The position numbers and the translations under genes are program-made. A stretch of DNA of 64,000 nucleotides. It comes from Gemmatimonadales bacterium. GTDB taxonomy: Bacteria; Gemmatimonadota; Gemmatimonadetes; Gemmatimonadales; GWC2-71-9. The stretch covers positions 4,095 to 68,094 of the forward strand of contig DATEIR010000068.1 in assembly GCA_035278885.1 (NCBI GenBank), written 5' to 3'. The notes beneath the pieces were generated by a model. That model made no database searches. It saw only the letters and a program-made list of their open reading frames with translations, and was not told the origin of the DNA. Shown piece after piece: positions 51,691-59,688 of this stretch (its first letter is position 1; every line of letters starts with the position of its first letter).

Positions 51691-52842
51691 CTATCGAACC
51701 GCCAGACCGCCATCCCCGGCGGGCAATCCTCCTACCGTCCCGAGCGGCTCGAGCTGGCCGTCCGGCTCTACACGGAATGCATGAACCGCGGGCGTAGCAC
51801 CGACGCTGAGCGCGTACAGGTACCGGCTGCTGCCGCTCAGGGCGATATCGTTGATCCCCGTGTCGAACAGCGCGGTCGCACCGTCGGCGTTCAATCCCTG
51901 CATCGTACCATCGGAGCCGAAGGCGAAGCCCGTGATCGATCCGCCGCCGTTGCCGGTGTAGACGAACCGACGGTCGCGGGTAATCACTACCCAGCAGGGC
52001 GCACCCTGGTGGGTGGGCACCGATCCGCTCACCACCGCGAAGCCGCCATCCCGCTCCACCTCGTACGACGACGCCGAGCCCGACCCTCCAGCCTCGGAGA
52101 CGACCATCCGCGCAGAGGAGCCGAACGCGAACCCGAAGGGCGTAGCGCCCGACGAAGGAAACGACGCGCGCGTGCCGGCGAGCCCGCGATCGTCAACCGG
52201 AAAGACATCGATCAGATTGGTGGCCTTCTCGGTGACGACCAGGCGGCGGCCGTCAGGACTGAATGCGACCTCAGCCGGATCGGAGGCGGCCCCCGACAAG
52301 GCCCGGGTCGAGCCGGCGATCGACTCGAGCTGCCCGCCGTCGCGGATGCTGAAGCCGCTGATGTTGCCCTCCCCGCCCGCGTTGAGCACGTACAGCACCC
52401 GACCCTGAACGGTGAGGCTGATGGGCCGAGTTCCCCCCGACGGTGTCCGGCTCAGGAGCGCCAGGCCATTCGCCTCGACGCCGAAGACCGACACGTCGTT
52501 GGAGCCGGCGTTCACCGCGAACAGCCGCCGACCGTCCGCGCTCAGGATGACCGCGCCCTGGGAGCCGAGACCGGCCCCCGTTCCCGTCCCGCCGGTGGCG
52601 AAGCGACCGGCGGGGTCGAGTCGCCCGTCAACCCCGCGGGCAAACACGGCGACCTCGTTGCCCGAGACCTGGTTGGTGATGGTGTAGACGGCGAGCGGCC
52701 CTGCAGGTTCGCCCCGATCGACATCCGCATCGGCGGACCGTGAATTCTCGGCCGAGGCCCCAGGGCTGGTGAGGTCGGTGTCGCGGTCACACGCAGCCAG
52801 AGCCGCGGCCGCGAATGCGAGCACAGCGAAACGAAACTGCAT
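51691..52842 (-). CDS. Lactonase-type 7-bladed beta-propeller lipoprotein
   Basis: GGAGGA lies 6 nt before the ATG at 52842, within ORF 51691..53352. Lipobox AALAAC. Repeated blade pattern (NEVAVF..., RLFAVNAGSNDVSVF, VLYVLNAGGEGNISGF, RFVYTGNGGGSITGF). Confidence 0.7.
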   Translation of the reverse strand: MQFRFAVLAFAAAALAACDRDTDLTSPGASAENSRSADADVDRGEPAGPLAVYTITNQVSGNEVAVFARGVDGRLDPAGRFATGGTGTGAGLGSQGAVILSADGRRLFAVNAGSNDVSVFGVEANGLALLSRTPSGGTRPISLTVQGRVLYVLNAGGEGNISGFSIRDGGQLESIAGSTRALSGAASDPAEVAFSPDGRRLVVTEKATNLIDVFPVDDRGLAGTRASFPSSGATPFGFAFGSSARMVVSEAGGSGSASSYEVERDGGFAVVSGSVPTHQGAPCWVVITRDRRFVYTGNGGGSITGFAFGSDGTMQGLNADGATALFDTGINDIALSGSSRYLYALSVGATPAVHAFRVEPDGQLEPLGTVGGLPAGDGGLAVR

Positions 52843-52925
52843 CGACGAATCCTCCGAGAGTGTTGGATGCACGACATGTGCACGCTGGAGGAAGTCGCCG
52901 AGTCGGTCGGCAGTTCCATGAGCCG

Positions 52926-53414
52926 TCAGCGGGCTCGCGATGCGGAGCTCGGCGTGCCAGGAGCAGCGCGCTTCATATGCAGGATCGGAAACGGCCGGCC
53001 TGCCGCATCCGTCGGGCTCCTGCCCACTACCGTGAAGCCGAGCGCCTGGTAGGCACGGGTGGCCTGCTCGTTGGCTTCGTTCACATCGACCGCGAGCGCG
53101 CCGCCGGCCAGCCGCTGGGCGTGCGCCACGAGTAACCGGCCGGCCCCCTGACGCTGGTGGTCCGGGTCGATGAAGAGCCCTTCGATGGTGCCGCTCGTGT
53201 AACCCAGAAATCCGACGATCGCCGCTGCCGGTGACTCCAGTACCCACCAGTCCACGGCGGTGCCGGCCAGCTCTTCGGCCACCAAAGGCCGGAGCGTCAC
53301 GATATCGCGGTCCGTGAGAAATCCATGGGTGGCCCGGACCGAGCGCTCCCACAGCGCCAGCAGCCGCTCACGATCTTCCTTGCGCGCCGGCCGAATCTCC
53401 GGGCCCGACGTCAC
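52926..53414 (-). CDS. GNAT family N-acetyltransferase
   Basis: IRPARKEDRERLLALW, QRQGAGRLL (acetyl-CoA motif) and AYQALGFTVVG. There is a 4-nt overlap with the anti-sigma gene. Confidence 0.8.
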   Translation of the reverse strand: MTSGPEIRPARKEDRERLLALWERSVRATHGFLTDRDIVTLRPLVAEELAGTAVDWWVLESPAAAIVGFLGYTSGTIEGLFIDPDHQRQGAGRLLVAHAQRLAGGALAVDVNEANEQATRAYQALGFTVVGRSPTDAAGRPFPILHMKRAAPGTPSSASRAR

Positions 53415-53668
53415 GTCCCGGAGCTTCCCGCGGCGCGCAGCACCTCGAGCACCGCCGCCCGGAGCCGCTCCGGGTCGGAATGCTCCCGACGCAACCCCGC
53501 GAGGGTTTTCACCAGCCGCTCCTCGAATGCGAAGTGGGCCCGGCAGCCTTCACACCAGGCCAGGTGGGCCTCGATACCCACGACGAGCCCGTCGCTCGCC
53601 CGGCCGTCCAGGTATTCCCACAGGCTTCGCACCACCTCGGTGCACTCGAGACCATTGTCCGGGGTCAT
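53411..53668 (-). CDS. Zinc-binding anti-sigma factor (ZAS, RsrA-like, soluble)
   Basis: 85 aa. The HxxxCxxC motif is in EAHLAWCEGC and there is an upstream Cys (LECTEV). No TM segment. There is a 4-nt overlap with the sigma gene. Confidence 0.75.
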   Translation of the reverse strand: MTPDNGLECTEVVRSLWEYLDGRASDGLVVGIEAHLAWCEGCRAHFAFEERLVKTLAGLRREHSDPERLRAAVLEVLRAAGSSGT

Positions 53669-54252
53669 GGGATGGTTCGCGCCTCCGCGCGAGTGGCAAG
53701 CGGGATTGCGGTGGCGGAGTGGCCGATGCCGCGGTCCCGTGCATGGGCCAGAAGTGCTTCCTGCACGTGGCGCCGAGCGCGGTACAGCCGCGACCGGACC
53801 GTCCCCACCGGCACCCCCAGCACGCCCGCGGCCTCCTCGTAGGTCAGGCCTTCCAGATCGATCATCACCAGAATCGAATGGTGCGGTTCCGGCAGCGCGT
53901 GCACCGCCGACTCGATGGCCGGCCGCACATCGATGTGGTCGAAGACGTCCGCGATTCCCTCGCTCACCGCCTGCATGTGCGTGAGGGCCGCCGGCATGGC
54001 GTCGAGGTCACCCTCGCCCCACTCGACCTCCCGGGGCTTTCGGGACCACTGGTTGATGAACGCGTTGCGGCAGATGGTGAAAAGCCAACGACGGCAATCG
54101 GTACCGGGCGTGAACGTGTGCCACCCCCGAAGCGCCCGGAGGAAGGTCTCCTGGACCAGATCGTCGGCATCCGCCTCATGCCGCGTCAAGGACAGCGCAA
54201 AGCGCCCCACGCTGGCGAGGTGCGGGAGTGCGGTGTCTTCGAAGCCTGCCAC
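53665..54252 (-). CDS. ECF-type RNA polymerase sigma-70 factor
   Basis: Region 2 (DADDLVQETFLRALRGW) and region 4 (LEGLTYEEAAGVLGVPVGTVRSRLYRAR). I prefer the GTG at 54252, which is preceded by GGAGG at 6-nt spacing. The track ORF starts at 54297. Confidence 0.85.
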   Translation of the reverse strand: MAGFEDTALPHLASVGRFALSLTRHEADADDLVQETFLRALRGWHTFTPGTDCRRWLFTICRNAFINQWSRKPREVEWGEGDLDAMPAALTHMQAVSEGIADVFDHIDVRPAIESAVHALPEPHHSILVMIDLEGLTYEEAAGVLGVPVGTVRSRLYRARRHVQEALLAHARDRGIGHSATAIPLATRAEARTIP

Positions 54253-54455
54253 CTTCGCCCTCCAGTGGTGCCTGCGAACCGGGCGCCCGGACGTCACTGC
54301 GACGATACGTTAAGTCGGGCCGCCCCTCGGGAGTTCCATCGAAGCCAGGCGCGGCCGCTGGCGGCCGATTCGGCGCGTGGCATGGCGGCATGGAACCATC
54401 TCTCGGGCACACCACTTAGTGAGCGCATGACCACCGCGCGCTCACGAGGCCCGAC

Positions 54456-54800
54456 ATGACGCTGATTTCTCCCTCGGGGCACCGCCTGCTCGACGGGCTC
54501 ACCGTCGTCGGGTTCGCGGCCGCTCCGTTCGTGATCCCACTGTCCGGGGCCGCGGCAGGGTTGGCCTGGGCCTTGGCGGTGGTCCATCTGCTGATGACGC
54601 TGGCCACCTCGTTCCCCGACAGGCCGCGGGGCGTCGTGCCGCTTCAGTGGCACGGCTCGGTGGAGCTGCTGGTGGGGGCGGCGCTCCTGGCAGCGCCGTT
54701 CGTGGCCGGGTGGGCGGGTCCCGCCCGATGGTTCTACCTGCTCGCCGGCGGCGTCATTCTGGTCGTGCGGCTTGGGTCGCGGTTCGAGGTGAAGGCTTAG
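54456..54800 (+). CDS. Small integral membrane protein (about 4 TM segments)
   Basis: 114 aa, hydrophobic throughout (GLTVVGFAAAPFVIPL, LAWALAVVHLLMTLA, LLVGAALLAAPFVAGW, FYLLAGGVILVV). Confidence 0.5.
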   Translation: MTLISPSGHRLLDGLTVVGFAAAPFVIPLSGAAAGLAWALAVVHLLMTLATSFPDRPRGVVPLQWHGSVELLVGAALLAAPFVAGWAGPARWFYLLAGGVILVVRLGSRFEVKA

Positions 54801-54841
54801 CTGAGTAGTCACTCTGCGATGGTGCTACACCCCGGACCGAT

Positions 54842-54867
54842 GCCCCGCGCGAGCGGGGCGTTGCGTT
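54842..54867 (+). terminator. Intrinsic terminator candidate
   Basis: GCCCCGC (54842..54848) pairs with GCGGGGC (54853..54859) across a GCGA loop and is followed by GTTGCGTTG. Confidence 0.4.
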
Positions 54868-55018
54868 GAACCTAGGTCCAATTTCCAGCGCGCGTCCCCA
54901 TTACAAGAATCAGGGCGTGACGCCCCGGTGCAGGGGACCGGGAGTGACGCAGTCACGACGAGCCACCGGTTGATGGCCCAGCCGAGCTGCCGAGCCAGCA
55001 GGGAAGGAGCGCTGAGAC

Positions 55019-55318
55019 GTGAGAGCGGAGATGATCGAAGTTGTCGAGACCGAGTTGAAACGATTTGCAGCGGATCTGAACTTATCCGACGCCCAGAAGA
55101 CCCAGTTGAAGGTTGCCCTGGAGAACGCGCACGAGAAGATCGAGGCGGTTCGCGAGCAGAACCCCAACATCTCGAGGGCGGATGTGGTCGCGAAACTCAA
55201 GGAGAACCGGACCGCCATCCGCGAGCGGGTGGCGAAGTTCCTGAGCCCCGAGCAGCTGACCAAGTGGGATGCCGAAGTGACCAAGGCCAGGACGTTCCTG
55301 GGCAACAAGATCGACTGA
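55019..55318 (+). CDS. Small helical hypothetical protein with two LTxxQ-like motifs
   Basis: AAGGAG lies 9 nt before the GTG at 55019. The protein is 99 aa, Lys/Glu-rich, with LSDAQKTQL and LSPEQLTKW. There is no signal peptide (an in-frame TGA lies 2 codons upstream). The DNA is visibly more A/T-rich than its surroundings. Confidence 0.5.
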   Translation: MRAEMIEVVETELKRFAADLNLSDAQKTQLKVALENAHEKIEAVREQNPNISRADVVAKLKENRTAIRERVAKFLSPEQLTKWDAEVTKARTFLGNKID

Positions 55319-55376
55319 TGCCGGTTCCACCCGTCACCCGCGGCGGCCGCGGCCGCCGCGGGTGGCGGGCTCCTGC

Positions 55377-56348
55377 CTACTGCGCCAGTGAGAGTGGATC
55401 GATCCCCTTGCTCGCGTCGAACGAGGAGCCGATCGCGGCGACCACCGCGCGCTTCCGGTCCAGATCGGCCAGCTCCCGGATCCGGTAGACCGCCTCGATT
55501 CCCGTGCAGTGCGCGCCGAGCAGGTAGCCGAGGTGGGCCGAGCGGAGCCGGGTCGCCGTCCAGGCCAACGCCGAATCGCTGGCGGCGAACAGGTGCAATC
55601 CTCCGACGATCGCGTATGCCGGCTCGGCGCCCAGGATGTGCCGGGCGTACTCGACGGTATTGATGGTCCCCGCGTGTCCGCACCCCGCCACGACGACGAA
55701 GCCGCTGTCCGTGTCCACCAGCAACGACATGTCCTCGGGAAGCGTATCGGTGACGAGGCCGCCGTTCGTCACGATGCTCTCGGGCACGCCGTAGTAGCGC
55801 TCCGGGTTGGGGCGGGGGATCGGACCGGTGAGCCAGACGCCGGGGAAGATCTCCTCCGGCTTTCCGTGCACCACGAAGACCGCTCCGCTGGCCTCCATCG
55901 CGGCCCTCACCGCGATGGTGGGGTTGGCCTCCCGGTCGGCGCCAGGTGTACGGCGGCTCAGGAAGATGCCCGGCGCCACGTGGACGCGGGACATCGCCGA
56001 GGGCGATTGCTTCGAGAGCGCCTGACGCAGCGCGACCAGTCCGCCGGTATGATCCCCATGGTGGTGGCTCAGCACCACGTCGGTGACGTTGGAGAGATCG
56101 ATGCCGAGGTCGCGGGCGTTCTGCATCACGGTCTCCGGGTGGAGGCCGGTGTCGAACAGGATCCGGTGGCCGTCGGCCTCGACCAGCACGGAGAAGCCCC
56201 ACTCGCCCATGCCGCGGTCGGCCAGCATGGTGGATAGGGTCGTGATCTTGAGTGACGCGACCTTGTGGGGAGGGTGGCCCGGCAGTGCGACCGCCGGGCT
56301 GGCGGACAGGCCCAGTCCGGCGATCGTGCAGACGGCGAAACGGAGCAT
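55377..56348 (-). CDS. Secreted MBL-fold metallo-hydrolase
   Basis: Signal peptide; HxHxDH motif LSHHHGDHTGG; later His/Asp ligand contexts (AGCGHAG). Confidence 0.85.
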   Translation of the reverse strand: MLRFAVCTIAGLGLSASPAVALPGHPPHKVASLKITTLSTMLADRGMGEWGFSVLVEADGHRILFDTGLHPETVMQNARDLGIDLSNVTDVVLSHHHGDHTGGLVALRQALSKQSPSAMSRVHVAPGIFLSRRTPGADREANPTIAVRAAMEASGAVFVVHGKPEEIFPGVWLTGPIPRPNPERYYGVPESIVTNGGLVTDTLPEDMSLLVDTDSGFVVVAGCGHAGTINTVEYARHILGAEPAYAIVGGLHLFAASDSALAWTATRLRSAHLGYLLGAHCTGIEAVYRIRELADLDRKRAVVAAIGSSFDASKGIDPLSLAQ

Positions 56349-56376
56349 ACCGCCTCCGTGAGGTTGCGGTTTCCTC

Positions 56377-57249
56377 CTACGGCGTAATCACCAGTCCCGC
56401 GCGGATGTTCGAGAGCGGGTACTTGATCTTCCCGCTGAAGCCCTTGCCGCTGTCTCTCGGATCTACCGTGAGCCGGATCGAGCTGATGCCGTAGCCCAGC
56501 TCGGCGGCGAACTTCTGGGACAGGAAGTAACGTCCGGCCAGGTTGCCTTCGACCACGCTGGCATGGAGCCGGTCGATCTTGATCTTGATGGCACGGAGAT
56601 CGGTCTCGAGGAACCAGCGCTCGCCCAGGAGCCACCGGCCGTACCCCCCGATCGAGGCGGTCGGGCCGAGGAAGGTCTTTTCGCCGCTCTTCGTCACCTC
56701 GCTGCTGTTCACACTGGCGAGCGCATCGATCTGGAACTTGAACGGCAGCAGTCCGATCCCGACGCCGAGGCCCAGCTGGCTGCGCTCGGCGGCCTTGAGG
56801 GCATAGCGGTAGGTGAAGAAGGCCTGGTCGGTGCGGAACTTGGTGTCGAGATTTGCGCCGACATCGTAGGTGGAATCGTTGAAGACGATCTCGCGGTCGA
56901 GCGTATGGGTGGCGCCGCGCCGCGCTACCTGGTAGCCGAGCTCGAGCTCGTGCTTGCGTCCCGGTCGCCAGCGGACGGAGGCGCGGGGCTCGAACCTATC
57001 GTTGCCCAGGCCGAGCAGGTCCGAGTCGACGTCCGTGCCTTCGCCGTTCGCCCCGTCCACCCGGATGGTGGAGCCCATGATCACCACGGCTCCGGACAGG
57101 TCGATCTGCCACTTGGGGTACAGGTTGCCGAGGCTCGACTGGGCCTGGGCTGCCGGCGCCACGCCCAGCGTCGTCAGGCCGAGCACTGAGACGAGGGTCG
57201 CGAGCCGTCGGATCCGACAATAGGCTGGACCGAACACACCGTCCGTCAT
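56377..57249 (-). CDS. Outer-membrane beta-barrel protein (hypothetical)
   Basis: Signal peptide ending AAQAQ. Alternating amphipathic strands with aromatic girdle residues. Confidence 0.6.
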   Translation of the reverse strand: MTDGVFGPAYCRIRRLATLVSVLGLTTLGVAPAAQAQSSLGNLYPKWQIDLSGAVVIMGSTIRVDGANGEGTDVDSDLLGLGNDRFEPRASVRWRPGRKHELELGYQVARRGATHTLDREIVFNDSTYDVGANLDTKFRTDQAFFTYRYALKAAERSQLGLGVGIGLLPFKFQIDALASVNSSEVTKSGEKTFLGPTASIGGYGRWLLGERWFLETDLRAIKIKIDRLHASVVEGNLAGRYFLSQKFAAELGYGISSIRLTVDPRDSGKGFSGKIKYPLSNIRAGLVITP

Positions 57250-57444
57250 GGCATCCCCTCCGGCAGGGCCCTCGGTGGGAAACGTGTTTCGGACTGAATG
57301 ATCTCTAGGTTACGCAGCCAGGGGGCGGGGGGCCAGAGCCGCCCGGTCAATTCAGGTTGCACCAAGGTCTAATTTCGCTGGCCAGGCCGCTAGATGGTAT
57401 TGGTCGCTGCCCGGACCTAACCACTTCAGAGCAGGAGGCTTCCG

Positions 57445-57972
57445 ATGATCGGGAGAGCCCGCACGCTTGTCCTGGCCGTTGCCCTGGTCGCCTGCAGCAA
57501 GGCCACCCAGGAGGGCGGCGCCGCGTCGGACCTGGCGACCCCCGCCGGCCTGACCAGCATGATCACCAGCAAGCTCGGTATCAGCGAGGCCCAGGCCAGC
57601 GCGGCCCTGGGTGCCCTGCTCGGCGAGGCGCAAGGAAAGCTGTCGCCCGGCGACTACAGCAAGCTCGAGGGGGCTCTGCCGGGCGCGGAGCACTTTCTCT
57701 CGGTGGCCCAGGGGGCGGGGGCGTTGCCCAGCACCCACGAGGTCGCCGCCGCGGCTCCGAGCGCGGACGCCGCGCCGCCGGCGCCCCAGGCCGAAGCGGC
57801 GGCAACGGCGGCCGGGCCAGCGGCGGGACCATCGGGCCTGAACGCCGCGCTCGCCAAGATAGGGCTTCCGCCCGAGGCGGCCAGTCAGTTCGTCCCCGTC
57901 GTGACCGAGTACGTCGGCAAGGTGGCGGGGCCCGACGTCGCCAACATCCTGAAGACGGCCTTCCCGGCATAG
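57445..57972 (+). CDS. DUF2780-like lipoprotein
   Basis: AGGAGG lies 7 nt before the ATG. Lipobox LVAC. LGISEAQASAALGALLGEAQGKLSPGDYSKL and a C-terminal helix after an Ala/Pro linker, as in DUF2780 proteins. Confidence 0.65.
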   Translation: MIGRARTLVLAVALVACSKATQEGGAASDLATPAGLTSMITSKLGISEAQASAALGALLGEAQGKLSPGDYSKLEGALPGAEHFLSVAQGAGALPSTHEVAAAAPSADAAPPAPQAEAAATAAGPAAGPSGLNAALAKIGLPPEAASQFVPVVTEYVGKVAGPDVANILKTAFPA

Positions 57973-58020
57973 AAGCCGGGGAGCGCATTGGACCGGCCGG
58001 TGGACCTCAGGCCGGAGGGA

Positions 58021-58057
58021 GGACAGCCGGTCGCGCGATTGCGCGGACCGGCTGTCC
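58021..58057 (+). terminator. Strong hairpin after the DUF2780 gene
   Basis: GGACAGCCGGTCGCGC (58021..58036) pairs with GCGCGGACCGGCTGTCC (58041..58057) across a GATT loop, with one bulge. Confidence 0.55.
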
Positions 58058-58204
58058 TGCCGAAAGGGTCTTGCTTACGGGACCCCGCGCCCCGGCCTTG
58101 TCCCGGGGCCGGACCGCGCCCTAGGTTGCCGCGGTAGGCGGGCCCGCCGCAGGGGGTGGACTCGCCGGCAACCAAACGCACAGGCGCAGCGCGGAGGGTT
58201 CGAC

Positions 58205-58915
58205 ATGAGCAAGGTTCTGATGGTACTCACCTCGCACGATCGGCTCGGCGACACCGGCCACAAGACGGGATTCTGGCTGGAGGAGTTCGCCGCGCCGTAC
58301 TACATCCTGAAGGACGCCGGGCTCGAGGTCACCCTGGCCTCGCCCAAGGGTGGCCAGCCCCCGCTCGATCCCAAGAGCGACGACCCCGGCTCCCAGACCG
58401 AGGCCATGCGGCGGTTCAAGGCCGACCCGACGGCTCAGGCGGCGCTGGCCCGGACCGTGAAGCTGTCGACGGTATCGCCCGAGGATTACGACGGGGTGTT
58501 CTATCCCGGCGGCCACGGGCCGCTGTGGGACCTGTCCGAGGACCAGGATTCGATCGCCCTGATCGAGGCGCTGTATGCCGCCGGCAAACCGGTGGCGGCG
58601 GTCTGCCACGGGCCCGCGGCGTTCCGCCGAGCCAAGGCGGCGGACGGAAAGCCCCTGGTTCGAGGCAAGTCCGTCACCGGGTTCAGTGACACGGAAGAGG
58701 CGGCGGTCAAGCTCACCGACGTGGTGCCGTTCCTGGTGGAGGACATGCTGAAGGAGAACGGCGGCAAATTCTCCAAGGCCGGCGACTGGCAGCCCTACGC
58801 GGTCACCGACGGCAACCTGGTGACGGGGCAGAACCCGGCCTCGTCCGAGGCGGCGGCGAAGGCGTTCGTCGAGCAGCTCACCGCGGCCGGGGCGACGGGC
58901 TCGAGGCCGCGCTGA
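58205..58915 (+). CDS. DJ-1/PfpI-family type-1 glutamine amidotransferase-like protein (Hsp31/amidase-like)
   Basis: KVLMVLTSH...TGFWLEEFAAPY and the nucleophile elbow AAVCHGPAAF. Confidence 0.85.
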   Translation: MSKVLMVLTSHDRLGDTGHKTGFWLEEFAAPYYILKDAGLEVTLASPKGGQPPLDPKSDDPGSQTEAMRRFKADPTAQAALARTVKLSTVSPEDYDGVFYPGGHGPLWDLSEDQDSIALIEALYAAGKPVAAVCHGPAAFRRAKAADGKPLVRGKSVTGFSDTEEAAVKLTDVVPFLVEDMLKENGGKFSKAGDWQPYAVTDGNLVTGQNPASSEAAAKAFVEQLTAAGATGSRPR

Positions 58916-59637
58916 TCGGTCGTCTCGCCCTGGGTGTCGGCCTCCTGGTCTGGGTCTCGCAGGAGGCCGCCGCCCAGTCCGCCGCCGACACGGAGTCGTG
59001 GCGCTTCGCGTTCACCCCCTACGCCTGGATATCCGGCATCCGGGGTACCCTCGGCGTGGGCTCGAACACCGGCGAGGTGGATGTCGCGTTTAACGAGGGG
59101 GGTGAAGACTTCGAGTTCGGCTTCGCCGGCCTGCTGGAGGCCAGGCGCCGCCGCTGGGTCGCCCGCACCGATTTCTTCTACGTCTCCTTCTCGAACGAGC
59201 AGGCGACCTCCGCGGGGCGCCCCGTGACCGTCGGCCAGGACGACCTCATGTTCCACCCCGAGATCGGGTACACGCTGCTCGCCCGCTCCTGGGGCGGCGT
59301 GGACGGGCTGGTCGGGGCGCGATACCTGAACACCGGTGCGGACGTGACCGGCGACATGGGGGATGCCTCGGTCGACCGTGACTGGGTGGACGCCACGGTG
59401 GGCGCGAACGTCCGCTACCAGCCCGGCTCGCGGTGGCGCCTCGTGGCCAAAGCCGATATCGGCGCCGGTGGATCCGATTTCATCTGGCAGCTCTACGGCG
59501 GAGGCGGGTACGATCTGGGGCGCTGCTGCGCGGTGGTCGGGGCCTGGCGCCTGCTCGACCTCGATTACGACCGGGACGACGTCCTCTATGACGTCCGGCT
59601 CAGCGGTCCTACCTTTGGGCTGACCCTGCGCTTCTGA
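58912..59637 (+). CDS. Small outer-membrane beta-barrel protein, probable CTG start
   Basis: The track ORF starts at the GTG at 59056. The same frame is open upstream and encodes a signal peptide (L)IGRLALGVGLLVWVSQEAAAQS from CTG 58912. That CTG overlaps the upstream TGA (CTGA), and GAGG lies 5 nt before it. No ATG/GTG/TTG is available in this frame. The protein ends in the OMP-typical ...GLTLRF. Confidence 0.65.
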   Translation: MIGRLALGVGLLVWVSQEAAAQSAADTESWRFAFTPYAWISGIRGTLGVGSNTGEVDVAFNEGGEDFEFGFAGLLEARRRRWVARTDFFYVSFSNEQATSAGRPVTVGQDDLMFHPEIGYTLLARSWGGVDGLVGARYLNTGADVTGDMGDASVDRDWVDATVGANVRYQPGSRWRLVAKADIGAGGSDFIWQLYGGGGYDLGRCCAVVGAWRLLDLDYDRDDVLYDVRLSGPTFGLTLRF

Positions 59638-59688
59638 CATTCCGACCTCCATGGACCTTGCGGCCGCCTTCGCCTGGAGGGCCGTTCG

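Noticed and set aside
54301-54345. ECF-type promoter (GGAAC ... CGT) upstream of the sigma-factor gene on the minus strand
   Set aside because: A GGAAC is present (the complement of GTTCC, near 54333..54337). However, the nearest CGT-type -10 candidate is about 23 nt away, against the usual 16-17 nt. Spacing and motif are too weak to call without comparative data.
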